Shown here: piece after piece, positions 19,824 through 30,405 of the stretch
How the letters are laid out: each line of letters starts with the position of its first letter
Numbering within the stretch: position 1 is the stretch's first letter
Assembly (NCBI GenBank): GCA_965206645.1
Contig: CBDBKE010000003.1
Span: forward strand, 640,001-704,000
Length of the DNA stretch: 64,000 nt
From: Terriglobia bacterium
Lineage (GTDB): Bacteria > Acidobacteriota > Terriglobia > JAJPHL01 > JAPKYU01
Direction of reading: 5' to 3'
Made by a program: the position numbers and the translations under genes
The notes under the pieces: model-generated
What the model saw: the letters and a program-made list of their open reading frames with translations, nothing else
Told to the model about the DNA's origin: nothing
The model's database searches: none

Positions 19824-20219
19824 TTTAAATCGCTTTACATCTTTGCCAACTGCTTCAACTTCTCCGGCCAAGTTAGACCCTAGTGTAGTTATTTTTGGTC
19901 TTATGAGACCAGTGGCAAATCTTGCAATAAACGGGTCACCCCTTCGAAAGGTGCAGTCCTCTGACATAACTGTTGTCGCATGTATTCTTATCAGTACTTC
20001 ATTGTCCTTTGGAATAGGTTGTTCTACCTCTTTGCGCTGAAGAACCTCCGGTGGACCGTATTTTGTGTATACAATCGCTTTCATGAGTCTCCTCAAAGAT
20101 TGCTTTAGCGGTATTTCACACAATCCATGCGATAAGTTTGCAAAACCTAACTCTTGTTTGGTCTGACCTGGATAAAACTACGGAAGGGTTGCACAGGTTG
20201 ACACCGCCGGACTGGGGGC

Positions 20220-21392
20220 TCAGGCGCGGACGGCCTCGGCGACGGTAGAACCAATGCGCTCGATCGCCTTCTGAATATTTTCCTGGGAATTGGCGTAGGA
20301 GAAGCGCAGGTAGCCTTGCCCGTACTCTCCGAAGTCTTCTCCGGCAAGGCAAGCGACCCCGGCTGACTGCAGCAGCAGGTCGGCGATCTGCCGCGAGGCC
20401 TTGCCGGTGCCCTGGATGTTGGGGAAGACGTAAAAGGCGCCGCGTGGCGGCGTGCAGGAGAAGCCGGGGATGCGGTTCAGCCCGCCCACAATCAGGTCCC
20501 GCCGCCGGCGAAACTCCTCCACCATTTTCCGCACAGCGTCTTGGGGGCCTCGCAGGGCCTCGATCCCCGCTCGCTGCGTGAAGCTGGCCGTGCAGGAGGT
20601 GGAGTTGACCTGCAATCGGACCACGTGCTGGGCCAGCGCGACCGGCATCACCCCGTAGCCCAGGCGCCAGCCGGTCATGGCATAGGTCTTGGAGAAGCCG
20701 TCCAGGATGATCGTCTTCTCTCCCATGCCGGGGAAGGAGGCGATCGAGCGGTGCTGGCCCTCATAAAGAATCTGGCTGTAGACCTCGTCGGAGAGCACCA
20801 CCAGGTCACGGTTAGCACACAGGCGCGCGATCTCGCTGAGGTCTTCTTCGGGAATGATGCCGCCGGTGGGGTTGTGGGGCGAATTCAGAATCAGCAACCT
20901 GGTGCGGTCGCTAAGTTGATCTGCCAGCGAGTTCAGGTCCAGCGAAAAACCGCGCTCTTCCGACAGCCGGAGGGGTTTGGGCTGAGCCCCCAGGTATTGG
21001 ATCATGGACTCGTAGATGGGGAAGCCGGGGTTGGGGTAGAGCACCTCGTCGCCGGGTTCCAACAGAGCCAGCAGGGTGAAGAACAAGATGGGTTTGGCGC
21101 CTGGCACCACCACTACCTGCTCGGGCGTGACCCGGATGCCGCGGCTGGAGGAGACTTGCTCGGCGATGGCTTCCCGCAGCTCCGGGTAGCCTTGGGAAGG
21201 GCCGTAGTGTGTCCAGCCTTGCTGCAAGGCGGCCTCAGCGGCGGCCACAATGTGAGGCTCGGTGGGGAAGTCAGGCTCGCCGATTTCCAGGTGGATAATG
21301 TCACGTCCGGCCGCTTCCAGCTTGCGGGCCCGCGCCAGCACCTCAAACGCCGTCTCGGTTCCCAGCCGACTCATCCGCTCTGCAAAGCGCAT
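20220..21392 (-). CDS. PLP-dependent class I/II (aspartate-type) aminotransferase
   Basis: LEIGEPDF, NSPHNPTG, SDEVY, GFSKTYAMTGWRLG. Confidence 0.92.
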   Translation of the reverse strand: MRFAERMSRLGTETAFEVLARARKLEAAGRDIIHLEIGEPDFPTEPHIVAAAEAALQQGWTHYGPSQGYPELREAIAEQVSSSRGIRVTPEQVVVVPGAKPILFFTLLALLEPGDEVLYPNPGFPIYESMIQYLGAQPKPLRLSEERGFSLDLNSLADQLSDRTRLLILNSPHNPTGGIIPEEDLSEIARLCANRDLVVLSDEVYSQILYEGQHRSIASFPGMGEKTIILDGFSKTYAMTGWRLGYGVMPVALAQHVVRLQVNSTSCTASFTQRAGIEALRGPQDAVRKMVEEFRRRRDLIVGGLNRIPGFSCTPPRGAFYVFPNIQGTGKASRQIADLLLQSAGVACLAGEDFGEYGQGYLRFSYANSQENIQKAIERIGSTVAEAVRA

Positions 21393-21578
21393 CCTTGTTC
21401 CTCCAGGGGTTCTTTCGGGGTCTCCTCCGGGCGTTCAGCATAGCATGCGACACTGTCTTTCCGGTGCGTGAAGCCCGGCTTGACCGCTTGCCGGCAGGCC
21501 CCGGGCCGGGCGACCTGTGGGGCCAAACGTACTGCTTTGCAAAGGGCAGGCGGTGGGGTATAACAGTCGGACCTGACC

Positions 21579-23009
21579 ATGCGAAAAGCCAAGATCATAG
21601 CTACAGTAGGGCCGGCCACGAACACCCGGGAAGGCGTGCAGGCGCTGGTGCGGGCCGGGGCAGACGTGGTGCGGCTTAACTTTTCTCACGGGACTCACCA
21701 GCAACACGCGCGGCTCATCCGGCTGGTGCGGGAAGTGGCCGCGGCCGAGAAGCGCCACCTGGCCATCCTGCAGGACCTGCCGGGACCGAAGATTCGCACC
21801 GGACGACTCGAGCAGGGCCGTCCGATAACGCTGCGGGCCGGCCAGACGCTGCAGTTGACGCCCAAGGAAATTGTCGGCACCTCCCGGCGGATTTCCATCA
21901 GCTATTCGCGGCTGGGCCGGGACGTGCGCCCTGGTGACCGGATCCTACTGGCCGACGGGTTGATCGAGCTGCAGGTGAAGAGCTGCCACGGCAACGACGT
22001 GGCCTGCAGGGTCCAGAATGGCGGCCTGCTGGGTGAGCACAAAGGCGTCAATTTGCCCGGCGCCAAGCTGCGCATCCCTGCGATGACCAAAGAGGACGAA
22101 CGGCACCTGAAATTCGGCCTGGAGCAAGGCGTGGACTATGTGGCGGTCTCCTTCGTGCGGGCGGCCCGGGACGTGGCCGTGGTCAAGGAGGTGATCGCGC
22201 GCTCGAGGAACCAGACTCCTGTCATCGCTAAGCTGGAAAAGCCGGAGGCCATCGAGGACCTGGAGAACATCCTGAAGATCAGCGACGCGGTCATGGTGGC
22301 CCGGGGGGACCTGGGCGTGGAGATGTCGCCGGAGAAGGTCCCGATGGCGCAGAAGCGCATCATCGAGAGGGCCCGCGCCGCCAAGGTTCCGGTGATTACC
22401 GCCACGCAGATGCTGGAGTCGATGACCGAGAATCCCCGCCCCACCCGGGCCGAAGCCAGCGACGTCGCCAATGCCATCTTCGATGGCACCGACGCGGTGA
22501 TGCTTTCCGGCGAGACTGCCAGCGGGAAATACCCGCGCGAAGCCGTGGCGATGATGGCGCGCATTGCCGAAGAGGCCGAGAGGCACATGAGCGAGATCCA
22601 TCCCCGGCTGCGGCGGGCGATGCACGAGCACAATATCGCGGAGGCGGTCAGCGAGAGCGTGGCCCACGTGACCGAAGAACTGGACGTCAAGGCGGTCGTG
22701 GTCTTCACCCGCAGTGGTTCCACAGCTCGGCTGATCTCCAAGTACCGCCCGGTGCCCCCCATCTACGCCTTCTGCCCGGAGCAGCGGACCTGCCAACGGG
22801 TGGCTCTCTACTGGGGCGTGCAACCGTGGTTCATGCCGCTGGTTTCCGACACCGATTCCACCATCGCCTCGGCGGAAAAGATCTTGCTGCAAAAGAAGCT
22901 AGTCGCCCGGGGCGATATCCTGGCGGCCGTGGCCGGCAGTCCTTTCACCGCGCCCGGCGGCACCAACCTGATGAAACTAGTGCGCGTCGGAGAATGGCGG
23001 CGAGCCTGA
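21579..23009 (+). CDS. pyk: Pyruvate kinase
   Basis: KIIATVGPA, RLNFSHG, MVARGDLGVE, ATQMLESM, DAVMLSGETA. Confidence 0.97.
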   Translation: MRKAKIIATVGPATNTREGVQALVRAGADVVRLNFSHGTHQQHARLIRLVREVAAAEKRHLAILQDLPGPKIRTGRLEQGRPITLRAGQTLQLTPKEIVGTSRRISISYSRLGRDVRPGDRILLADGLIELQVKSCHGNDVACRVQNGGLLGEHKGVNLPGAKLRIPAMTKEDERHLKFGLEQGVDYVAVSFVRAARDVAVVKEVIARSRNQTPVIAKLEKPEAIEDLENILKISDAVMVARGDLGVEMSPEKVPMAQKRIIERARAAKVPVITATQMLESMTENPRPTRAEASDVANAIFDGTDAVMLSGETASGKYPREAVAMMARIAEEAERHMSEIHPRLRRAMHEHNIAEAVSESVAHVTEELDVKAVVVFTRSGSTARLISKYRPVPPIYAFCPEQRTCQRVALYWGVQPWFMPLVSDTDSTIASAEKILLQKKLVARGDILAAVAGSPFTAPGGTNLMKLVRVGEWRRA

Positions 23010-23303
23010 GGCGGCCGTGCCCGACTACTCTCCGTGCTGGCTCCTCGTGCTCGCTTCGGGCGCTGACGGCCTTCTAGCGCAGCTGCCCGATCGACCGCTC
23101 GAAGCTGCATCTGACGGTCTCCCGACGCTTGGCGGGCCGTCCAACTTTCATGTAACTTTCCTGCTACCTTTAGCGTCGGAATGGGTTTATCCCCTCGGAC
23201 CGGCAAGCTTCCAGAGTCTTTGCCTGGAAGCCCTGCGGCCGTTGTAAAATGAATGGGTCGCCCGACGCAGGGCGTCTCGTATGAAAACTCTGAGTCGGGA
23301 GAG

Positions 23304-26105
23304 ATGTTCCGTTTGAAGCTGTCGGCACCGCCCAGGTTGCTTTTCCTGCTGTTCCTGTGCTGGTTGGGGGCCCTGCCCACCAGTGCCTCCGCAGCAGCGC
23401 CGGCCGCCCAGCAAGCCGAGTCGGAGGAGCTCATTGACCACATTCGGTTTCTAGGGAACCGGCGCGTGCCCGCGGCCACCCTGCGCTCCCGGATCTTCAG
23501 CAAACCCGGCGATCCCTACAGCCCGGATGCCCTGCGCCGCGATTTCATGTCCCTGTGGAACGCAGGGTTCTTTGAGAACATCCGTCTCGAGGTGGAGGAC
23601 GGCGACAAGGGGAAGATCGTTCTCTTCCACGTGGAGGAGAAACCCACCATCCGCGCGATGGATTACAAGGGCATCAAATCGGTCACTGTCTCGGAGATTC
23701 TGGATCGCTTCCGGGAGCGCAGGGTGAGTTTAACGCCGCAAAGCCAGTACGAGCCCACCCGGGTGCGGCGGGCCGAGGTGGTGCTGACTGAGTTGCTGGC
23801 TGAGCGCGGCCGCCAGTACGCGAAGGTTCGAGCCGAGCCCAGACGCGTGCCGCCGAACTCGGTGATGCTGGACTTCGTCGTTGAGGAAGGGCCCAAGGTC
23901 AAGGTCGGCAAGATCGAATTCACCGGCAATACTGTTTTTAGCAACCGGGATCTGCGCCGGGCAATGAAACACATGAAACCGATCGGGATTCCCTACTCCA
24001 TCATTCTGGAAAACATCTTTAGCAAGACCTTTGACCACAACAAGCTGGCCGCCGACCTGGAACAGGTGCGCGGCAAACACCAGGACAGCGGCTACTTCAC
24101 CGCGCTGGTGCTGGACCCGGACATCAACAGTCGCGACACCGGCGGCGGGTGGTTCCGCATTCCCCTGTTCTATCCCAACCGGCCCAGCAAGCGGGTGGAC
24201 CTGACAATCCCCATCCAGGAGGGCGAGCAGTACCGGGTGGGGAAGTTGGCTTTTACCGGGGTCAAATTCTTCCGCCAGCCGGACGCCATTATGTACCCGT
24301 TGTTCAAGATGAGGGAAGGCGACATCTTCGATGTTTCCAAGATCCGCTCTGGGCTGGAGGACCTGCGCAAGCTGTACGGGGAATTCGGCTTCATCAATAT
24401 GGTTCCTACGCCGGACGCCGACGTGGATCGGCAGAACAAGGTCATCAACATGACCCTCGACATCGAAGAGGACAAGCAGTTCTTTGTCCGGCGTATCGAG
24501 TTCTCGGGCAACACCACCACTCGCGACAAGGTCATCCGGCGTGAGTTGCTGTTGGACGAAGGAGACATGTTCAACAGCCGGCTGTGGGAGGTCAGCATCC
24601 TGCGCCTGAACCAGCTCGGCTTCTTCGAGGCACTCAAGCCCGAGGAGGCCGACATCCGGCCTAACAACCGGACCGGCCAAGTGGACATCAATTTGAACGT
24701 CAAGGAACGCGGGAAAAACACCATCGGGTTGACGGGTGGGACCAGCGGCATCGCTGGCAGTTTTATTGGGATGAACTACTCCACCAACAATTTCATGGGG
24801 CTAGGGGAGACCCTGACTTTTGGGGTGGAGCTCGGGAACCGCCAGCGCAACATCCTGTTCGGCTTCACCGAGCCCTACGCGTTTGACCGCCCGCTGCAGA
24901 TGGGTTTCACCATCTTTGCCCGTCGCTTCAGCTTCAATCAGGCGCGCGAGGCCTCCATCCTGAGCGGGCGCAACCTGATCCCGCTGTTTGAGTTGTTGGG
25001 CACCGACAACATCCAGAATTTCCGCCAGTCCAGCCAGGGGTTCACCGTCTTTGCCACCTATCCGCTGCGGCGCAGTTTCGCCCGCGTGGGCCTCACTTTT
25101 GGCTACGACCGCTCCGACATCAGGACCTTCAGTGCGGCTTCCAAGCAATTCTTCGAGTTCCTGAATTTCCGGGGCGCCAGTGGCCCCAACGCGCTGGAAG
25201 GGATCACGACCAGCAGGGTCATCCCCACCTACCTGTACAACACGGTGGATCACCCGATCACACCCACCCGCGGCACCAAAGTCTTCGGTAGCCTAGAGTT
25301 GGCCGGCCTGGGCGGAAACGTCCGTCTCTTCCGGCCCACCTTCGAGTTCACCAAGTTCCATCCGGTGAACAAGAAGGGGCATATCGTGGGGTTCCGCTTC
25401 CTGACCTCAGTCCTGAGTGGTTACGGGGGCAGGGTGGCGCCACCGTTTCAGCGCTTTTACATTGGTGGGGAGACCGACATTCGCGGCTTCTTCATCCGCG
25501 CCGTCAGCCCGATGGCCTTCGTCACCGACGAGGCCACGATCGGTGTGGTCAATCAAGACGGCACGCCGCGATTTGTCCCGGTGGTGGTCGATGGGGAGGT
25601 GCAGCTGGTGCCCCAAACCGTCACCTACCCGGTGAACCGCATCATCTTCCCAGGCGGGGACTTGCAGACGATCGGCAACTTCGAATACCGCGTCCCGATT
25701 TTCGGGCCGGTAGTCCTGGCGGCGTTCTTCGACGCCGGGCTCAATACCGTCTGGCGGCAAAGCCAGCTCACGATGAACCCCTCGCGGTTGTCAGACCTGA
25801 TGGCTAAGTTCCCCGGCCAGGAGTTTCCCTCGAGGGTACAATTGTTGCCAGGAACCAACCGGCAGATTCGCAGCTCGACCGGATTGGAGGTCCAAGTGCT
25901 GCTGCCGGTCGTCAATGCTCCGTTCCGCGTGTACTGGGCCTACAACCCGAACCGACTGGAGACCCTCCTGGCCCCGCCGGTCCTGATTAACCGGAGCCAG
26001 TTCCCCAACGATGCCACCTTCAGGTCGGCGTTGCTGACTACCCCGCGCGTGTTCTGGCGGGAGAAGAGCCGGACCTTCCGATTCAGCGTCGGCCGGACTT
26101 TCTGA
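23304..26105 (+). CDS. bamA: Outer membrane protein assembly factor BamA
   Basis: POTRA repeats (GNTTTRDKVIRRE), GGETDIRGF, C-terminal FRFSVGRTF. Confidence 0.93.
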   Translation: MFRLKLSAPPRLLFLLFLCWLGALPTSASAAAPAAQQAESEELIDHIRFLGNRRVPAATLRSRIFSKPGDPYSPDALRRDFMSLWNAGFFENIRLEVEDGDKGKIVLFHVEEKPTIRAMDYKGIKSVTVSEILDRFRERRVSLTPQSQYEPTRVRRAEVVLTELLAERGRQYAKVRAEPRRVPPNSVMLDFVVEEGPKVKVGKIEFTGNTVFSNRDLRRAMKHMKPIGIPYSIILENIFSKTFDHNKLAADLEQVRGKHQDSGYFTALVLDPDINSRDTGGGWFRIPLFYPNRPSKRVDLTIPIQEGEQYRVGKLAFTGVKFFRQPDAIMYPLFKMREGDIFDVSKIRSGLEDLRKLYGEFGFINMVPTPDADVDRQNKVINMTLDIEEDKQFFVRRIEFSGNTTTRDKVIRRELLLDEGDMFNSRLWEVSILRLNQLGFFEALKPEEADIRPNNRTGQVDINLNVKERGKNTIGLTGGTSGIAGSFIGMNYSTNNFMGLGETLTFGVELGNRQRNILFGFTEPYAFDRPLQMGFTIFARRFSFNQAREASILSGRNLIPLFELLGTDNIQNFRQSSQGFTVFATYPLRRSFARVGLTFGYDRSDIRTFSAASKQFFEFLNFRGASGPNALEGITTSRVIPTYLYNTVDHPITPTRGTKVFGSLELAGLGGNVRLFRPTFEFTKFHPVNKKGHIVGFRFLTSVLSGYGGRVAPPFQRFYIGGETDIRGFFIRAVSPMAFVTDEATIGVVNQDGTPRFVPVVVDGEVQLVPQTVTYPVNRIIFPGGDLQTIGNFEYRVPIFGPVVLAAFFDAGLNTVWRQSQLTMNPSRLSDLMAKFPGQEFPSRVQLLPGTNRQIRSSTGLEVQVLLPVVNAPFRVYWAYNPNRLETLLAPPVLINRSQFPNDATFRSALLTTPRVFWREKSRTFRFSVGRTF

Positions 26106-26306
26106 GCCGCTAGTAAGTCCCCTGAACTGTATACTGCAGAGGGCGGACAAGGGACTGTGGCCCCAGCGGGCGCAGTTGGCACGTCAGCGAAAGTGCCGGG
26201 CCGGATTGACCCGGTGATGGGGAGACAACTATAATGGCTTGATAGGATAGACCTCCGGCTCTTTGCGAAAGGGGCAAAGGTCCCGACTTCACGGTTAGGA
26301 GTTTAG

Positions 26307-26915
26307 ATGAGAAAGCAGGCTTTTCCTTTGGCACTGGCTGTTGCTTTGGGGGTGACCCTGTTGGGTAACGTGCAGGCCCAAAACCCAGCGCCCACGCCGG
26401 GATCCAAGATCGGCATCATCAACATTCAGCGGGCCATCGTAGAATCGGAAGAGGGGAAGAAGGCACAGGAGAAGTTGCGAGCGGAGTTTGCTCCCAAGGA
26501 CAAGGAATTGCGGGCCAAACAAGAGGAAATCGAGAAGTTGCGGAAGCAGCTTCAGGAAAGCGAAAGGGTTCTCAGTGATGAGGCCCGGAGGAACCTGGTG
26601 CGGCAGATTGAAACCAAGACCAGGGATTTCAATCGCAGCAACGAGGACCTCAACGCCGACTTCCAGCGGGCCCAGGGGCAGATGGTCAACGAGATCGGGC
26701 GGAAGCTGATAAAAATCCTGGATCAGTACGCGCGCGAGAACGGCTACCACCTGGTAATCGACGTCAGCTCGCCCCAAGCTCCTGTTGCGTGGGCTAGCAC
26801 AACTCTGGATGTGACCGAAGACATCATCAAACTGTACAACGCTAGCTTGGCCGCTTCCGCTGCTAGCGCTCCGGGTGCCACGACTGGAAGGAAATCGCCC
26901 TCGGCGCAGCGCTAG
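26307..26915 (+). CDS. skp: Skp/OmpH periplasmic chaperone
   Basis: Signal peptide, KIGIINIQRAI, coiled coil, LDVTEDIIKLYN; follows bamA. Confidence 0.9.
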   Translation: MRKQAFPLALAVALGVTLLGNVQAQNPAPTPGSKIGIINIQRAIVESEEGKKAQEKLRAEFAPKDKELRAKQEEIEKLRKQLQESERVLSDEARRNLVRQIETKTRDFNRSNEDLNADFQRAQGQMVNEIGRKLIKILDQYARENGYHLVIDVSSPQAPVAWASTTLDVTEDIIKLYNASLAASAASAPGATTGRKSPSAQR

Positions 26916-27065
26916 CCTCCGGAAAGCCTCTTCGGGGCCGAGGCTGGCCGAGCCAATCTGGCGGTTGGTGACTGCCGGCCGAGCCAAGCTGCCGGATAGT
27001 GACCTAGCTATTTCCTCTCTTCTGTCCATTGAACCTCCGGCTGTTCACGAATAGACTTTCGACAA

Positions 27066-27632
27066 GTGCGCTATTTTTTTCGCAGTCGGATCCCCGAGCC
27101 CCGAATGGTGCTGCTGGTCGAGAGCGGTTCGCGCTCGGTAATGGAGAGAGCCTACGCGCGGATGCGCCCGATCTTTTCCCGGGCCCGTTTCGAGCTGTGC
27201 ACCTGCTTTCCCGGTGTGCCGGCCCCCGGCGGCTTTGAGCGTGTCTACAGAGTGACGGAGGCGCCCGATGTAGCCAGCAAGTGGAAGATGCTGCTCGCTA
27301 TGCGGCGCTCGCGAGCCTCCGTGGCAGGCCTGCTGTTCACGCGGGAATCCGTTTTGCTTCGCTGGAAGCTCCTTCTCATGTTCTTTCTGCCCTCCAAGCT
27401 GCTGGTGGTGAATGAAAACGGGGACTTCTTCTGGCTCGACTGGTCCAACCGGGCCTCCATTCGCCGCTTCCTGGGTGCTCGTATGGATGTGGAGGGTGCC
27501 GAACTGCTCCGAACGGCCTTCCGTCTCCTGCTGCTTCCCTTTGTCTTCCTGCTTCTGGCCTGTTACGCCCTGTTCGCTTACCTGGGGCGCTGGCTTCGGG
27601 TGCTTTCCTGGAGCTTGTTGCGCCGCAGCTAA
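27066..27632 (+). CDS. Hypothetical protein with a C-terminal TM segment
   Basis: Coherent ORF with KLLVVNENGDFFW motif. Confidence 0.65.
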   Translation: MRYFFRSRIPEPRMVLLVESGSRSVMERAYARMRPIFSRARFELCTCFPGVPAPGGFERVYRVTEAPDVASKWKMLLAMRRSRASVAGLLFTRESVLLRWKLLLMFFLPSKLLVVNENGDFFWLDWSNRASIRRFLGARMDVEGAELLRTAFRLLLLPFVFLLLACYALFAYLGRWLRVLSWSLLRRS

Positions 27633-27787
27633 AGCACATCACGCAGTGCGTTTAGGGAATGCCTGACGGCGCCAAGAACCTGTCAACTCAAGAAAACTTC
27701 CCGCTTTGGATAATCTTGTAACCATAGCTTTGCGTCAGGATATTTACTTTGTTTTAAAAGAGATAGCAGGTAGTACACGGGCCCGGA

Positions 27788-27904
27788 CCAATCTTGACTT
27801 TTTAGTCTAGATTGGCTATCCTGGATCTTGCTACGGGAGGTTTGTGAGTCAAAGTAACAGCTGGGCAAATTAATCTTGACTCATTTGTATAGATTGCATA
27901 CGCT
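27788..27904 (+). promoter_or_regulatory. Tandem suf promoters, each with an IscR/Rrf2-like operator over the -35
   Basis: AATCTTGACTTTTTAGTCTAGATT (27790) and AATCTTGACTCATTTGTATAGATT (27872); TTGACT-17-TATCCT and TTGACT-17-TACGCT. Confidence 0.7.
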
Positions 27905-28008
27905 GCCGCTTGGCTGGCGCTCCCCACTTTTTGTGAAGCGTCACCTTCGGTTGGAAGCACTGAGAGTTTCTACACAATGCCTCTAAGAGGGAGAAGACAA
28001 GACAAGCT

Positions 28009-29457
28009 ATGAGCACTCCGGTCAACAACATCGAGGAGCTTACCAACAAGGAGTACAAGTACGGTTTCTTCACGGAAGTTGAGACCGATACGGTGCCCCC
28101 TGGGTTGAATGAGGACGTCATTCGGTTGATTTCGGCCAAGAAGAACGAGCCGGAGTTCATGCTGGAGTGGCGGCTGAAAGCCTACCGGCACTGGCTCACG
28201 TTGAAAGAGCCGAGCTGGGCCAACGTGCACTACCCGCCTATTGACTACCAGAGCATTGTCTACTACTCGGCGCCGAAATCGCAGGAGGACCGGCCCAAGA
28301 GCCTGGACGAGGTGGACCCGGAGCTGCTGAAGACTTACGAGAAGCTGGGCATCCCGTTGCGGGAGCAAGAGATGCTGGCCGGAGTGGCGGTAGATGCCGT
28401 GTTCGACAGCGTCTCGGTGGCCACCACTTTCAAGGAGAAGCTGGGCGAGCTGGGCATCATCTTCTGCTCGTTTTCCGAGGCGGTGCGGGAGCACCCGGAG
28501 CTGGTCCGCAAGTACCTGGGCTCGGTGGTTCCTTACACCGATAACTTCTTTGCAGGACTGAACGCGGCTGTATTCAGTGACGGCTCGTTCTGCTACATCC
28601 CCAAGGGCGTCCGCTGTCCCATGGAGCTATCCACCTACTTCCGCATCAACGCCCAGAACACCGGCCAGTTTGAGCGCACCCTGATCATTGCCGAGGAAGG
28701 CAGCTACGTCAGCTACTTGGAAGGCTGCACGGCGCCGATGCGCGACACCAACCAGTTGCATGCCGCCGTGGTGGAGTTGATCGCGCTGGATAACGCGCAG
28801 ATCAAGTACTCGACCATCCAGAACTGGTATCCCGGCGACAAGCAAGGCCGGGGCGGCATCTTCAATTTCGTGACCAAGCGCGGCAAGTGTCTGGGAGTCA
28901 ATTCCAAGATCTCCTGGACGCAAGTGGAGACCGGCTCGGCGATCACCTGGAAGTACCCCAGCTGCATTCTGCTGGGGGACAACTCGGTGGGCGAGTTTTA
29001 CTCGGTGGCCACCACCAACAACTACCAGCAGGCAGACACCGGCACCAAGATGCTCCACATCGGCAAGAACACCCGGAGCACCATCGTCTCCAAGGGGATT
29101 TCGTCCGGCCACGGGCAGAACACCTACCGTGGCATGGTGAAGATGCTGCCGGCCGCCACCGGCGCGCGGAATTATTCGCAGTGCGACTCGCTGCTGATCG
29201 GCGACCAGTGCGGAGCCCACACCTTCCCCTACCTGGAAGTCAAGAATCCGTTGGCACAGGTGGAGCACGAGGCTTCCACCTCCAAGGTCGGCGAGGACCA
29301 GATCTTTTACTGCCGCCAGCGCGGCCTCTCCAGCGAAGACGCCGTCTCGATGATCATCAACGGCTTCTGCAAGCAGGTGTTCCGCGAGCTGCCGATGGAG
29401 TTTGCCGTCGAGGCCCAGAAGCTGCTGAGTGTGAGTCTGGAAGGCAGCGTGGGCTAG
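28009..29457 (+). CDS. sufB: Fe-S assembly scaffold SufB
   Basis: [35 protein letters not shown]. Confidence 0.97.
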   Translation: MSTPVNNIEELTNKEYKYGFFTEVETDTVPPGLNEDVIRLISAKKNEPEFMLEWRLKAYRHWLTLKEPSWANVHYPPIDYQSIVYYSAPKSQEDRPKSLDEVDPELLKTYEKLGIPLREQEMLAGVAVDAVFDSVSVATTFKEKLGELGIIFCSFSEAVREHPELVRKYLGSVVPYTDNFFAGLNAAVFSDGSFCYIPKGVRCPMELSTYFRINAQNTGQFERTLIIAEEGSYVSYLEGCTAPMRDTNQLHAAVVELIALDNAQIKYSTIQNWYPGDKQGRGGIFNFVTKRGKCLGVNSKISWTQVETGSAITWKYPSCILLGDNSVGEFYSVATTNNYQQADTGTKMLHIGKNTRSTIVSKGISSGHGQNTYRGMVKMLPAATGARNYSQCDSLLIGDQCGAHTFPYLEVKNPLAQVEHEASTSKVGEDQIFYCRQRGLSSEDAVSMIINGFCKQVFRELPMEFAVEAQKLLSVSLEGSVG

Positions 29458-29477
29458 TGCCCTAGAGGGGTTCCCAG

Positions 29478-29504
29478 TGTCATTCCGAGCGGGGCGAGGA
29501 ATCT
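29478..29504 (+). repeat. Degenerate palindromic interspersed repeat (TGTCATTCCGAGC...GAGGAATCT type)
   Basis: TGTCATTCCGAGCGGGGCGAGGAATCT in the sufB-sufC spacer; the partner arm is decayed. Confidence 0.45.
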
Positions 29505-29626
29505 GTTTTTCCACCGCAATTGCTTGCAGGACAGACAGATCTCTTGGGCTGACGAAGCGCGTCGGCCCTCCCTATGAGACGCGGGCAAGGTTTTCCGTAG
29601 CCCGCTGAAGGAGATCTTTTTCGAGC

Positions 29627-30397
29627 ATGCTGGAAATCAAGAATCTGCGCGCCAAGACTGGCGACATCGAAATCCTGCGCGGTGTGGACCTCAAAGTCAA
29701 CCTGGGCGAGGTGCATGCCATCATGGGACCCAACGGGTCGGGCAAGAGCACTCTGGCCCAGGTTCTTGCTGGACGCGACCTCTATGAAGTCACCGCTGGC
29801 GAGGTGACCTACAACAGCCAGGACCTGCTGGCCATGTCCCCGGAAGATCGCGCCGGCGACGGCATCTTCCTGGCCTTCCAGTATCCGGTGGAGATTCCCG
29901 GGGTGAGCAACACCTACTTCCTTAAGGCGGCGCTGAATACCATTCGCAAGCACCGCGGCTTGCCGGAGCTGGACGCCATGGATTTCCTGGCGCTGATCCG
30001 CGAGAAGGTGAAGGCGCTGGGGCTGGATGAGAGCCTGATGACCCGCTCGGTCAACGAGGGCTTCTCGGGTGGGGAGAAGAAGCGCAACGAAATCTTCCAG
30101 ATGACGGTCCTGGAGCCCCGGTTGGCCATCATGGACGAGACCGATTCGGGTCTGGACATCGATGCGCTAAGAATTGTGGCCGGCGGGGTCAATGCCATGC
30201 GCAGCCCGGAGCGCGCCATTCTTGTGGTGACCCATTACCAGCGACTGTTGAACTACATCGTTCCCGACTTCGTTCACGTCCTGCACAACGGCCGCATTGT
30301 CCGCTCGGGCGACAAGAATCTGGCTCTGGAGTTGGAGAATCGTGGCTACGGTTGGCTGGAGGCAACCAGCCAGAGCGCGCAGCCCGTGACTGGGTAA
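29627..30397 (+). CDS. sufC: SufC ATPase
   Basis: GPNGSGKST, NEGFSGGEKKR, DETDSGLDIDAL. Confidence 0.97.
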   Translation: MLEIKNLRAKTGDIEILRGVDLKVNLGEVHAIMGPNGSGKSTLAQVLAGRDLYEVTAGEVTYNSQDLLAMSPEDRAGDGIFLAFQYPVEIPGVSNTYFLKAALNTIRKHRGLPELDAMDFLALIREKVKALGLDESLMTRSVNEGFSGGEKKRNEIFQMTVLEPRLAIMDETDSGLDIDALRIVAGGVNAMRSPERAILVVTHYQRLLNYIVPDFVHVLHNGRIVRSGDKNLALELENRGYGWLEATSQSAQPVTG

Positions 30398-30405
30398 AGA
30401 GAACC

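Larger units (their letters stand above)
17080..20084 (-). pseudogene. MDR-family NAD(P)-dependent dehydrogenase/quinone reductase split into three pieces by IS1380 and IS30
   Basis: Pieces 19824-20084 ([15 protein letters not shown]), 18596-19044 (NGASGSVG) and 17080-17366; removing both IS plus their duplications restores a 990-bp in-frame ORF (329 aa). Confidence 0.9.
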
